A DNA stretch of 64,000 nucleotides, from the NCBI GenBank assembly GCA_964188305.1, contig OZ076889.1, one strand, 5' to 3'. This DNA is from Podarcis bocagei. Its lineage: Eukaryota. The notes under the pieces are model-generated. The model saw only the letters and a program-made list of their open reading frames with translations. It made no database searches and was not told the origin of the DNA. Position 1 is the stretch's first letter. The number at the start of each line of letters is the position of its first letter. Shown here piece after piece: positions 24,415 through 37,075 of this stretch. The position numbers and the translations under genes are program-made.

Positions 24415-24543
24415 GAAGCCTTTGGATTCATTGAAAGAGGTGATGTTGTAAAGGAGATATTCTTTCACTATAGCGAATTTAAAGGTGACCTAGAAGCCTT
24501 ACAGCCTGGTGATGATGTGGAGTTCACAATCAAAGACAGAAAT
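24415..24543 (+). CDS. CSDE1: CSDE1 coding exon
   Basis: 129 nt; EAFGFIERGDVVKEIFFHYSEFKGDLEALQPGDDVEFTIKDRN. Confidence 0.96.
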
Positions 24544-24701
24544 GTAAGACCAAATTTCTTAACTCCAACTTAAATTGTAAATGCATGACATTGCAGGAAC
24601 TTCCTTAAATGTCTCCATTAGTTTCGTATGTTGTTTGACCTATTGTTGGTCCTTGTAACTACTTAACCAGTTGACTATTTGGCTTAATTTTCTGCTTATA
24701 G

Positions 24702-24827
24702 GGTAAAGAAGTTGCAACTGATGTAAGACTTTTGCCTCAAGGAACTGTTATTTTTGAAGATATCAGCATTGAACACTTTGAGGGAACAGTAACCAAAGTA
24801 ATTCCAAAAGTACCCAACAAAAATCAG
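24702..24827 (+). CDS. CSDE1: CSDE1 coding exon
   Basis: 126 nt; GKEVATDVRLLPQGTVIFEDISIEHFEGTVTKVIPKVPNKNQ. Confidence 0.96.
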
Positions 24828-25086
24828 GTATCAAATATCTTACATTAATGTGTAAAGAAATTTATTTGTAAACGTTTATTTTAAAGTACTTTGATAGTCT
24901 GTGACACTGAGCAAATTCAGTAAAGGGAAACAAATTGGGGAAATCATTAATGAAAGAGGCATCCTTCGGTGCTACAGTGGAAGGTGGAACTTGTTCAGCT
25001 CTCAGTTGATGTTTTAAAACTGTACAATCCAGGAAAGCTCTATCCAGGAAAGCTCTAATGTGGCCTTTCTTTTGTACTCTGATCAG

Positions 25087-25299
25087 AATGACCCATTACC
25101 TGGGCGTATAAAAGTAGACTTTGTGATTCCTAAAGAACTTCCATTTGGAGACAAAGATACAAAATCAAAGGTGACGCTGTTGGAAGGTGACCACGTTAGA
25201 TTCAACATTTCAACAGATCGGCGTGACAAATTGGAACGAGCCACTAATATTGAAGTTCTTCCCAATACTTTCCAACTCACTAATGAGGCTAGAGAAATG
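25087..25299 (+). CDS. CSDE1: CSDE1 coding exon
   Basis: 213 nt; NDPLPGRIKVDFVIPKELPFGDKD...TNEAREM. Confidence 0.96.
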
Positions 25300-26500
25300 G
25301 TAAGTAATTAAAACTGCATGCCATGTCTACTTTCATAGGAGTATGTTCCATTGAACTCAGCGAGAATTCTATAGAGATCTACACAGAGAAATAGGATATA
25401 ATTTCTGTTGCCTCATTTAGCATTGTTGGTACTGTAGAACGATGCTAGATTTATGTAGCAATGAACACTGAAATAGTCAAGAGAAGTTGCCTGAATCTTC
25501 AGCATGTTGTATTTCTCCTGGCTACGTGAGGAATTATTTTCCAAGGAAGCCTTTGATAGAAGATACGGCGAGCTGCAGTTTTACAGAATTCTAACTTTAG
25601 TTCTATATGTCTATATACATATTATAAATACATTTCCATGGGCACAACAGAACATCCTCATCCTCTCCTGTCCCCTCCAGCCCTTGTGCACCCTCAGATT
25701 CCCAACCTCTGGGTGGTTGGGAAACCCTTTGGAGCAGATTTGGGGGGTGGGGTCTTGGTAGTGGAGAGGAAATGGAAGTCATTTATTTTTTAGATAAGTG
25801 ACCAAGAAATATAATAATAAGCATGATGATGGGAGGGCATTCCAGTGCTGAATTGCTCCCATGGAGAAGGGAGTACATGAAACTTGCATTTGTAAAAGAG
25901 AAATTTTTCTGCTTTACATATCCCATTTTAAAGGAAATGTGTAGCAGGAATTGCATTGAAATCCTTCTGTTGCCTCTTTCCACTTAACTTTATCTCAGTT
26001 TTCAGAAGGAGTTTTGCATCTTAAAAACTGATGTTAAAATTCAGAGAGCAATTTGAGCTTAACTCAAAGGCTTGCAAGTTCAGAGCCATGTTGGGACTTG
26101 TACAGCTAGTTGCACAATGTTTTGAATCCTCCATCTGAGAATACAGCTATTTTCAGTGATTAATTCCTCACAGTTTTTTCTGAGGAATTAGAGTGAGAAA
26201 AGGAAGAAAAAGCTTTGTGGGAAGGAAACAGTTCACTGAGATATTGTCTGCTTGCTCTGGATTTGTCTTAGAGTTTTCCTAAAAACTACCATTTATCTGA
26301 GTCAATGAGGTTTTTATGCTCTTCCATTGTAGGGTTTTTCTGGCCGGGGGGGGGGGGGAGTGCTGGGCACAAATTACTGCCATAGATGTGTCATTATTTT
26401 ATAACATTTATTTTCCACTTGGTTCACATGTGGCTTGAGTTCTCTCATTGACTTATTAGGCTGATAACTGTTTTTTAAGGCAAGGAGAGAATGCCTAGAG

Positions 26501-26752
26501 CAGGGGCAGGCAACCTAAGGCCCAGGGGCCGGATGCAGCTCAGTCGCCTTCTCAATCTGGCCTGCGGACGGTCCAGGAATCAGCGTGTTTTTACATGGGT
26601 AGAATGTGTCCTTTTATTTAAAATGCATCTCTGGGTTATTTGTGGGGCATATGAATTAGTTCATCCCCCCCCCCAAAAAAAATAGTCCAGCCCCCCACAT
26701 GGTCTGAAGGACAGTGGACCGGCCCACGGCTGAAAAAGGTTGCTGACCCCTG
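26501..26752. mobile_element. hAT-type MITE
   Basis: Terminal inverted repeats CAGGGGCAGGCAACCT...AGGTTGCTGACCCCTG; 8-bp duplication GCCTAGAG at 26493-26500 and 26753-26760. Confidence 0.9.
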
Positions 26753-26810
26753 GCCTAGAGCATTGTGGACTAGATGATATTCTGTTGTACCTGACAGATA
26801 TCCTCTAAGG

Positions 26811-26946
26811 CAGGGTTTCCCAAACTTGGGTCTCCAGCTGTGTTTGGACTACAGTTCCTATCATCCCTGACCGCTGGTCCTGCTAGCTAGGGATGATGGG
26901 AGTTGTAGTCTGAAAACAGCTGGAGACCCAAGTTTGGGAGTCCCTG
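26811..26946. mobile_element. Short palindromic hAT-type MITE
   Basis: CAGGGTTTCCCAAACTTGGGTCTCCAGCTG...CAGCTGGAGACCCAAGTTTGGGAGTCCCTG; 8-bp duplication CTCTAAGG at 26803-26810 and 26947-26954. Confidence 0.9.
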
Positions 26947-26972
26947 CTCTAAGGATTCTTCATCAGCTATAG

Positions 26973-27209
<237 letters not shown>

Positions 27210-27314
27210 TGACTTACTATGCTTCATTATTATCTTTCATCTAATAAGATCTCAAGATTGCTTACTGTACTAATTAAAGCAGAGATAAAACTAATAATGA
27301 AAACAGCCAAATAA

Positions 27315-27617
<303 letters not shown>

Positions 27618-28348
27618 TAGACAAGGGGTATATTTATAAACATTCTCTGGCTGAAGATAACAGTTTCCGTACTTTTATTTTTAATGTGTCCTTTGAGATG
27701 GATATACACACATATTCCAACAAGATAATGGAAGTACAAAAGCTGGTCTTGCAAGTGTGTCTAAACCTGATTTACTTAGTGTGGTTGCAAGGTTTGGGTT
27801 TTCTATAAGCATAATGTAGATTCTTTTTGGTTGTAGAAATAAACATAGGTGTTGAATCTTAAGAGCATCTCTCTGCTATGAACTTATTCTTATACCAAGT
27901 ATCTAGTTGAAACATACCTGTTGCATTAATCTTCCTCATTGCTAAAATAGTTTAGGGCTTGTAATTAAATCCTGATTACATTAATGCTAGCAATATCTCT
28001 GTTCAGTGGAAACTAGGTAATATATATTTCAGAAACTGGTCATGAGTTACCTAATTGATACTACTTCCCTTACTACTACTTTATACTAAGTATAAAAAGA
28101 TAGGATAGGCTTTCTTGAAGTTCCAATAGTGATTGGTTATACATCATTTTTCAAAATGAGGCATTTCCCTATATAAATACATCTGTGTCAAAACTAGTGA
28201 ATTTCATGATTACAAAACTTAGTATATTTTCTGCCACTGAATACCTATGTTCACACTACCAGTTCACATTTGTATTGACTGTCAGGCTGTGGTCTATTGG
28301 TTTTGATCCTTTTATATTTTATTTCCTCTCCCCCTGCCCCACTTTTAG

Positions 28349-28456
28349 GAAGCTGAAGAGGGAATAATTGCTTATGATGATTGTGGGGAGAAGCTGACCA
28401 TTCCCTATCAGGCTAAAGATGTGGAAGGATCTACTTCTCCTCAGATAGGAGATAAG
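28349..28456 (+). CDS. CSDE1: CSDE1 coding exon
   Basis: 108 nt; EAEEGIIAYDDCGEKLTIPYQAKDVEGSTSPQIGDK. Confidence 0.96.
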
Positions 28457-28578
28457 GTAATATGCATACTGTTTTTAAAAATGTAAGAATGCCCATGATT
28501 GGGTAAAATACTTCTAGAGATCCTTCTTGGTTTTTCAGTTTTCACTATCTGTGTTGATTTGTAATTATTACCTCATTA

Positions 28579-28943
28579 AAAAGGTAAAGGTACCCCTGCC
28601 CGTACGGGCCAGTCGTGTCCGACTCTAGGGTTGCGTGCTCATCTCGCTCTAGAGGCCGTGAGCCAGCGCCGTCCGAAGACACTTCCGGGTCACGTGGCCA
28701 GCGTGACGAAGCTGCAGCTGGCGAGCCAGCACCAGCGCAGCACACGGAAATGCCGTTTACCTTCCCGCTGTAAAGCGGTACCTATTTATCTACTTTCACT
28801 AAGGGGTGCTTTCGAACTGCTAGGTGGGCAGGAGCTGGGACCAAACGACGGGAGCTCACCCCACCGCGGAGATTCGAACCGCCGACCATACGATCGGCAA
28901 GTCCTAGGCACTGAGGTTTTACCCACAGCACCACCCGCGTCCC
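28579..28943 (-). mobile_element. Sauria SINE (Squam1), full length
   Basis: Minus strand GGGACGCGGGTGG head and (ACCTTT)n tail; 13-bp duplication TATTACCTCATTA at 28566-28578 and 28944-28956. Confidence 0.92.
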
Positions 28944-29433
28944 TATTACCTCATTACCTCCTTAATATTATTAGAGTATACTGAGAACTGGTGCATAGTT
29001 GTGGCCTCTCTTCAGAAGTTGAGAACCATTCAGGCTATGAACCTTACACCAACATCTTGTGTCCCTGGATTAAGATTTGTTTAAGGCTGCTTTTGTGTAA
29101 TACATTTTTTTAAAAAATAAGATCTCAACAAAAAACAATGGTGTCACTATGAAAGACTGTTGTGAATTAGTATGTGAATTCCTTCTCTTGTTTGGCTACA
29201 AATGAGACTGCTGATGTTCAACTTTAAATGGCATAATAAGAGAGTACTGACTTCAGCCCTTGATAATTGAATAGCCTCAGTGAGGGAATTTTCAAAAGAG
29301 AGCTAATACTCCCATAAGTTGTTTTCACTTCTGAGAAAAAGCAAAATGTCCCATTAGATTACTTCCAGAAGTGCATGTGATCTTCCCAATCCTAGAAGGC
29401 ATTTTATTTTGTCTGATATCTTTTCCCAAATAG

Positions 29434-29609
29434 GTTGAGTTTACAGTCTGTGAAGTGAAGAGAACTGGGTTGCAAACAGCTACATCTGTAAGAATGCTTG
29501 GTAGAAACTACAGTTCAAAAAGGCTTTTAGGATATGTGGCAACTCTAAAGGATAACTTTGGATTTATTGAAACAGCCAATCACGATAAGGAGATTTTCTT
29601 CCATTACAG
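29434..29609 (+). CDS. CSDE1: CSDE1 coding exon with a GC donor
   Basis: 176 nt; VEFTVCEVKRTG...NFGFIETANHDKEIFFHY(S); followed by GCAAGT. Confidence 0.94.
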
Positions 29610-30400
29610 GCAAGTTGATTAGTATAAGAGTTTGTTGCATATTAAATCAGGTATGGTACAGGCCAGACGAAGCAGCTTCTACATGGTCCATACAGCAGCA
29701 CACAGGAGTCTCCACATCACCACTGACTGTTCCTTGAGACTACTAACAGTAATGTGGAGGTGCTCTGTATATTGGAAGGGGATCGATGTGGTCAGCTCTT
29801 GCATCATGATGTCATGTGCTGCATTCCCCATATGGAAACTGTTACCATCTCATTTAAGTGTGCTCCAGTGGTTCTGAAAAGTGGGAACCTCCTTTGGTGT
29901 ACATAGAACATCTGGAAGGAGGATGAAAATTTCCAGTGAGGGCACAGAATTCTGAGACAGGTGGAGTCTTCCTTCACCAGCCATAACAATTGGGTTGAGT
30001 TGAATGCCTGCTAGCAGAATATACTCATTGACTCATAATTGGATTTGTGACTGTAACTGCTGCTCCCCAAACAGATTTAGGATGCTGTGGCAGAAGCATT
30101 GTTCCACTTGTATAATGCCAGTGCTGGATTAGTGTCTGGATCCCCTGATCTTTGCACACAGTAGCAAGCAAGAGTCCCTGTGCGTCCTGCTGTGGAACAG
30201 ATGGTTAATACTGAGTTGGTTGGTTTGCAGGGTAGAATAGCATGCTTTGTCTGCTCCCCGCAGACTGCATGTTAACCTTAATGTGAAAAAAATCTTCCTA
30301 TAATCCCAAAAAAAGTGGAACATGAGTGCTCTACGCAGCAGGGATGGATAATCTCAGACCTGGGTGCCCTGCAAGCCTCTGTCTGGCTCATGCTATACAG

Positions 30401-30694
30401 CAGGGACGTCCAACTCCCAAGAAACAGCGATCTACTCCTAGAGAGAAAAAACTGGCAGTGATCTACCCTTGGGCAGGGAGTTCAGAGTTGTTGAGTGTGG
30501 ATAATTAAAATGAATCGCTCACCAACAACACAGCCGCTAACAGAAGAACACACACTAAACACGACGCAGGGAAAGACCAAGCAGGGAGTGGGACAGAGAC
30601 ATGATTCTAAACGCCAGCGATAAGGATCCCATGATCTACCATGATCATCCGGGGATCGACCTGTCGATCATGATCCACTGGTTGGACATCCCTG
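30401..30694. mobile_element. hAT-type MITE
   Basis: Terminal inverted repeats CAGGGACGTCCAAC...GTTGGACATCCCTG; 8-bp duplication CTATACAG at 30393-30400 and 30695-30702. Confidence 0.88.
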
Positions 30695-30726
30695 CTATAC
30701 AGCAACAGACACACCCATTGGTATTC

Positions 30727-30843
30727 CGCTGCGCCAGAAGCGGTTTAGTCATGCTGGCTGCATGATGCAAGATGAGCGTCACACCCCATAGTCGCCTTTG
30801 ACTGAACTTAACTGTCCAGAGGTCCTTTACCCTTTACCTTTAC
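30727..30843 (+). mobile_element. 5'-truncated Sauria SINE
   Basis: CCAGAAGCGGTTTAGTCATGCTGGC...CCTTTACCCTTTACCTTTAC tail, as in the full-length copies. Confidence 0.75.
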
Positions 30844-30927
30844 AAAGCTTATCAAAAATATTATTCCAGTGTATGTGTGTAACAAGTTAAAGACCTTTCA
30901 GTCACTGGCAATAGCAAAATAGATATA

Positions 30928-31261
30928 CAGTGGTGCCCCGCAAGACGAATGCCTCACAAGACGGAAAACTCGCTAGACGAAAGAGTTTTCCGTTTTGGAG
31001 GTGCTTCGCAAAACGAATTTCCTATGGGCTTGCTTCGCAAGACGAAAATGTCTTGCGAGTTCCTGCTGGGTTTTTTTCCTCCCCCCCTTTTTCTAAGCCG
31101 CTAAGCCGCTTATCAGCTGATCCGATCAGCAGATAAGCCGCTAAAAGCCGCTAATAGCGCTAATCCGCTAATCCGTCAGTGGGCTTGCTTCGCAAGACGA
31201 AAAAACCGCTAGACGAAGAGAATCACAGAACGGATTCTTTTCGTCTTGCGAGGCACCACTG
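30928..31261. mobile_element. Tigger/pogo-like MITE (same family as 24060, opposite orientation)
   Basis: TA|CAGTGGTGCCCCGCAAGACG...CGTCTTGCGAGGCACCACTG|TA; internal TAAGCCGC repeats. Confidence 0.88.
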
Positions 31262-31263
31262 TA

Positions 31264-31409
31264 CAGTGGTACCTCTAGTTACAAACTTTTCTAACCTAGA
31301 AGAGTTACCTCGAGTTGAGAACTTTGTCCCAGGATGAGAATGGAAATCATGTTTCAGGTTAAGAACGGACCTCCAGAACAAATTAAGTTTGTAACTAGAG
31401 GTACCACTG
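31264..31409. mobile_element. Second Tigger-like MITE abutting the previous one
   Basis: TA|CAGTGGTACCTCTAGTTACAAACTT...AAGTTTGTAACTAGAGGTACCACTG|TA, 25-bp perfect terminal inverted repeats. Confidence 0.88.
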
Positions 31410-31897
31410 TAGCTTTGATATATTGCTCTCTAAACTGGACTACATCTCCCATTGTCTCTGACTAGTAGTTGTGCTTAGTTAGGCTAATGTGAGTTATACA
31501 GCATATGCTGAGGACATAGGTTTTTTGCTCCTATACTAGCGACATAAACATCCCCACTTTATATATGCTGCATATTCACACTTTATAAGTTTATTCTGAT
31601 TTACACAAATAACGGCTGATGTAAAAAATACTCATGGAAGATCCATTTGTAATGTTATTGATAGTGGCATGCTATGGGTGTTGCATAGGGCTCTTATATA
31701 AAGTAAACATTTGACATCTGATTAATAAATGAGGTCTTCTACATAATATGCAGCCTGCTGCACTGTGAATGCTTGAAAATAAATTAGATTCTCAAGATCA
31801 TCCCATTTGTATTGGTTTGCTAAAAATGTAAATTTGTTGGGATGGCATTCTTGGTTACATTTATGCATACTCAAGATTTCTTTATAATTGTTTGTAG

Positions 31898-32010
31898 TGA
31901 ATTCTGTGGTGATATCGATAGCCTGGAACTTGGCGATATGGTTGAATACAGCTTATCAAAAGGCAAAGGAAACAAAGTCAGTGCAGAGAAAGTGAACAAG
32001 ACACATGCAG
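31898..32010 (+). CDS. CSDE1: CSDE1 coding exon
   Basis: 113 nt; EFCGDIDSLELGDMVEYSLSKGKGNKVSAEKVNKTHA. Confidence 0.96.
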
Positions 32011-33281
32011 GTAAAGCTGTTTTTAAATTTCTTTTAAAGCCAAATATTGGTACTCCAATGGTATGTACTTGGTGCTGACAATTTTGTGGATGCCTGCTTG
32101 TTGTATTTATCCCAGGTTTGAAAAACAGGAACTTAATTCCAGCCTTGAACTGTTCCACTGTAATGGTTTATTACCCAAAACTAGAAGTGAGAATTAGATC
32201 TGTCTTGGTTGCCTGAGGGCAATTCTTGCTTAGAAACAAGGCTAATTACAAACCTGTTCTATTAGTGTTTTGGATTAGATAAAACTAACACACATATGAC
32301 ATGAAAAGCAGGACAAAGGGGGTAAATAAGTTGACAGCAGCTGCTGCAACTACCACTGCTGCTGTGAAAACAGTAAAAAGATTGCATTTTAAAAATAACC
32401 TTCTCGCTTGGGAACCCCACAAAAGATTTTGTCAAGTGTGGAGTACAAATCAATCAATCAATCATGATATCATAATGATGTATGATTGGCAGATGGCTGG
32501 CTCCATGCACCTGTCATATTTGGTCTGTGAGGCTGATCCTGATCAGGATCTAGCCCATGGAACCCAAAAGGTTCCTTACCCATGCTATAAAGTGTTGTTT
32601 GGTATATATGGTATTTTGACTGAAGTGTGGGAACCTTACTGTCTTCATATGGGTTTCAGATTCTGATATAAAATATTTCAGAACGCTGTATTGGAAACTG
32701 AATAGCAAGGTTATAGAACTAAAAGACTTTACCCTATAATTGCCACAAATTGGAGAATTGCACTACTCAATATTGGGAAACACTGCAGTAGAAAAATTGA
32801 CAGTGTAGCTACCCAGTGAGCATATTTAAACTTCCGTGCTAGATATGTAGTGTTACATCTTAGAATGTATTTGGGGAGTTGCACATTGGAATGTGATCCC
32901 ATCAGGTTCCATATATAAGGAAAACGTGAAGTGCATAGTTAGGTGTACTTTGTGCCCTTCCCAAACATATGAAGAAAAGCCAGTACTGACAGTATGTGGA
33001 TGAATTTCTGTTTTCAGAATTGTCAGAGACTTTCCCATGACATCTAGTGATGTACTACTGTGTTTCCAGATAGCAAATATTAGGAAAAAAGTATTAAGGG
33101 CTAACTTTCTACCTAGATTCCATTCCCACCCCCTTGCATTTTGCAAACCTGCCACTTTTAGATTTCCATAACTTTAGCCATGGTAGGACAGGTTTTACTT
33201 GATACAGGGTGACTCTGCTAAGCTCCATAAAGTTATTTGGGAAAGATTGCCATTTGTAATGCGGATGACCTTGTTTTATAG

Positions 33282-33401
33282 TGAATGGCATCACAGATGA
33301 GGCTGATCCAGCTGTTTACACGGGTAAAGTAATTCGTCCTCTCAGGAGTGTAGATCCCACCCAGACTGAATACCAGGGAATGATTGAAGTCATGGAAGAT
33401 G
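33282..33401 (+). CDS. CSDE1: CSDE1 coding exon
   Basis: 120 nt; VNGITDEADPAVYTGKVIRPLRSVDPTQTEYQGMIEVMED. Confidence 0.96.
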
Positions 33402-33591
33402 GTGAGTAGTGTGCCTTTCCAGTAGTATGCTGATCTAATTCCATAGTTGGTTTGGTACCCTAATGAATCTTTCTAGAAAAGTTGGTTGAAGTGAGACTTG
33501 CATGTTACAATGTGAAGTCTAAATGACATGGAAGCTGCTACTTCAGAATTCTTAACCATGACACGTCTTTGTGTTATGCTTGTTTCTCCAG

Positions 33592-33770
33592 GAGAAATGA
33601 AAGGTGAAGTCTATCCTTTTGGAATTGTTGGTATGGCAAACAAGGGGGACTGTCTGCAAAAAGGAGAAACCGTAAAGTTCCAGCTTTGTGTCCTTGGTCA
33701 AAATGGACAAACAATGGCTTGTAACATTACACCTTTCCGCAGAGCCACTGTGGAATGTGTGAAAGATCAG
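33592..33770 (+). CDS. CSDE1: CSDE1 coding exon
   Basis: 179 nt; GEMKGEVYPFGIVGMANKGDCLQKGE...ATVECVKDQ. Confidence 0.96.
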
Positions 33771-34310
33771 GTGAGAGGACTTCTTGAGATGTCTTTGCTG
33801 TTTGTGTGATTTTTCTGCATTAGGGCCTCCTCTGTTTAAATACTGGAAGGAAATTATTGGAATATAGCATTCTTGTTCTTTTGCACCCAGCTAGATTTTG
33901 AAGGCCCCAAGTTTGACCTTCAAGCAGTTGAATTAGCTGAATTTATAACTTTCATTTGGGTGTAAAAGACAAGATTACAGTTCTTGAATCTTGATAGAAG
34001 CCAGGAAGTATGAAAATAATATTGATCATGGAGAGACCTGTTACAAATGTTTTCTCTTTTAGTATCCTATTGGGCGGGGTTAAAATCTTTTTCAAAAAAT
34101 GAGGTCTGCATCCCCTTTTGTCAGGAAACGTTTAAGTTGATAGTAGAATCCATTTATTTCAGTGGGTCTACTTTGAGTATGACTATCATTGGATATCACC
34201 CTAAATAGTCTAAATTATGTGCTGTCTCTAAATAAATTTCAGTCCTACTTGTAAACAATTTGATTGCTCATGTTGTGCAATTGATAAGACAATTTCCATT
34301 CCTTTTTCAG

Positions 34311-34474
34311 TTTGGTTTCATAAACTATGAAGTGGGTGACAGCAAAAAGCTCTTTTTTCACGTGAAAGAAGTTCAGGATGGTGTGGAACTGCAGGCTGGT
34401 GACGAAGTAGAGTTTTCAGTCATCCTCAATCAACGCACAGGGAAATGCAGTGCCTGTAATGTGTGGCGTGTTAG
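34311..34474 (+). CDS. CSDE1: CSDE1 coding exon
   Basis: 164 nt; [24 protein letters not shown]...CNVWRV. Confidence 0.96.
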
Positions 34475-35510
34475 GTAAGCAAAAGATACTAATTTACCTT
34501 ACTCTCTTGCAGGGGGGGAAGCCAAGCAATCCTGATCTGATTTCTTCATAGGAAATTGGCAGACATCCTTGAGCTGCCTCAAGTTGGAATCTTGAAAGTA
34601 GCTGCTGATGAACAAATTAATCTATTAAGCTTTGTGTATAGGGGCCTTTCAGTGGCCCTTCTTTCCCTTCTTTGTACCACATGGGATGAGTTAATGTTGA
34701 GGGTGTTGGTTTAAAAGGAAAAATTGGGAAAGAAGAGGAGGAAATTGTCCTACCTTGACCAAACAGGTTATACATACTCCGTTTATTGATTCTCTTCATT
34801 TATAGCAGCCTTCCCCAACTCAGTGCACTCCAGATGTTTTGGACTAGATAGCTGTCATCAGCCTCTGCCAGCACAGCCATGTTGGCAAGAGCTGATAGTT
34901 ATAGCCCAGTAGTGCCACATCAATGATGTCTTTCATGAGCTGATTTCTTTAGCATTCAACATACATCTGTTTGGGTTTTCCCCTCTGTTCGTTAATAAAC
35001 TTTTAATGTTCTATTTCTTCACCTGTTCCTTTCAGGAACTCATTTTACACATTTGTAAAGCTTGAAATACTACTGTGCCACTCATTTCCAAAACCTTTAA
35101 AAAAATCATCAGTACTCCAGATACTGTGCAAGGAGCATTTCCTAAATGTATTAATTCCTTGAGTAGTTACTCTTTATGTATTTTGTTCTATCAGCTCTTT
35201 AACATCCTATTCTCCCATGTTTTTTGGATCTGTGAAACATAATGGGTTGCAATCCTAATGTTTTGTGAACACATGATCACTCATACAACATGACTTACCT
35301 GTCCTCTTTTTTGTATTTCAACCTCCTTCATCCCCCCCCCCCCAAAGGTGCAGGGGATTGGGATTCTGAGGAGAGGTCTGGGGTGCAGCATATAGGGGCA
35401 GCAATGGGAAAACCAGAAATTGGGTGGGGCCATCTTGTGACAGCAAAGCTCCCTATATGCTGTAGTCATGGGGAGGGTTGGGAAAGCCAGGTTTTGTGAA
35501 CAGTCTTCTA

Positions 35511-35715
35511 CAGGCAACTCCCAGTTTACATGGGGGTTACGTTCCAAGGCACTGTGTGTTTTAAGTTAATTCATGTGCATTTGAAACCTTTTTTAAAAAT
35601 TCAAACACACCATTCCACCCCTTTTTGTGACTTTTGGGGTCACTTCTGGCTTCAGCGCAATGTGTGTGTGCACAGTCAGTCATATGTCGGGCACGCCTTA
35701 AGTGGTCCCTGCCTG
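35511..35715. mobile_element. Degenerate Tc1/mariner-type MITE
   Basis: TA|CAGGCA...TGCCTG|TA termini. Confidence 0.5.
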
Positions 35716-36942
35716 TACTTGCATTTGGACACAAACCATTGTGTGCACAAAAATCACTATAGTTTCATTACTGTTTTCCTTCTCGGTTCTTTCTTACCCC
35801 ATAATTCAGTTATCATTGGTGGTTTGTTTATTTTTTAACATTAAGGCTGAAGCGCAGTTATACTTGCCCTAAAGGTTGTAGTATTAGTATCAGTGGAACC
35901 ACTTCAAAACATTTTGATCTTATTCTACCATTCCAATTGTCATTCTTAGCACAAAATTGTATTTCATTTATTAGCTGCAGTATTTCTTTCATTGTGCTTT
36001 TCTTGGCACTTTCATGTCTCCAACTTATGCTGTGGATTTCTTGCACTTTTTTGTTGTACTTCATGTTTTTGTAATCCTGTTTTTCTCACATTTTCTTGCT
36101 TCCTGCATTCCCATTACTGTTAGCTTTGCTTTGCATGTGTGCAGAAACAGAAGATAGGCATTTCAAATTCTAACATATTTCCACTTTGTAATCATAGTTG
36201 ATGAAAGGCTTTCACATGGTTTATGACTTCTGGGGGTTGGCTCAGTAGAAAGCTCACTTGCATTCCAAACAGCTTATCTTCTCTTTCACTTTGTGTGTAT
36301 GCTCATTCCCCTCCTTTGCCTCTTGGAATCCTCAGATTGCACATACAGTCTGAGATTTTATCTAGATTTGAGAGAGATGTGGGTCTTTGGGTGGGATAAA
36401 CATTCTCAGGGATTCCCTTTACCTAATTTGGAGCCCCCTGCATTGGTCCACAACTTACTTAGTGAGGGGACTGTTCAGTACTAGTGTCTAATGAGAAATG
36501 TGCAAATACAGATTAATAATAGTTGAGCATTGTCTACATGCCAGAGTGCTAAAGATACTGGCAGTCCAGAAGCACACTTATATCTATTAAAGCTGCAGTC
36601 TTAACTCAGTGAAACTTTCATGCATGCCATGATTACTACCATGAGCATAATATTACTGCAGATTAGGAATGCATCTACCTGTTAGGATGCATTTTGATAA
36701 TGGAATTTTATCCAACATCAAAACTACATTTATCATTGTAGGATGTCCATATATCTTGAACTGGATTCCCCTTCAAAATTAAACAGTTATTCCAGGGCAG
36801 TGTGGAAAAAGATACTAATAACCAGCATAAATGCTGTTATAGTAGAAAGTTGGCTTTTTCTCTCTTTAAAAAAAACACAACAAAACATTAAAATACACAT
36901 CTACATGTTTCCCCATATGATTTAGTTTGTTTCTATTAACAG

Positions 36943-37075
36943 TGAAGGTGCTAAGGCCATAGCTGCTCCACGTCCTGATAGACTTGTTAATCGCTTAAAG
37001 AGCATTACTTTGGATGATGCCAGCGCTCCTCGTCTAACTGTTCTTCGTCAGCCAAGGGGACCGGATAATTCAAAG
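36943..37075 (+). CDS. CSDE1: CSDE1 coding exon (start of the C-terminal SUZ-C-like region)
   Basis: 133 nt; [44 protein letters not shown]. Confidence 0.96.

Noticed and set aside
28545-28984. ORFs resembling those at 47461-47814 and 62433-62840
   Set aside because: Similarity arises from translation of Sauria SINE copies, not a protein family.
31094-31180. Short TAAGCCGC-type repeats, and recurring CGTCTTGCG units near 24100-24300, resembling an array
   Set aside because: Internal repeats of Tigger-like MITEs; no repeat-spacer periodicity and a eukaryotic context, so not CRISPR.
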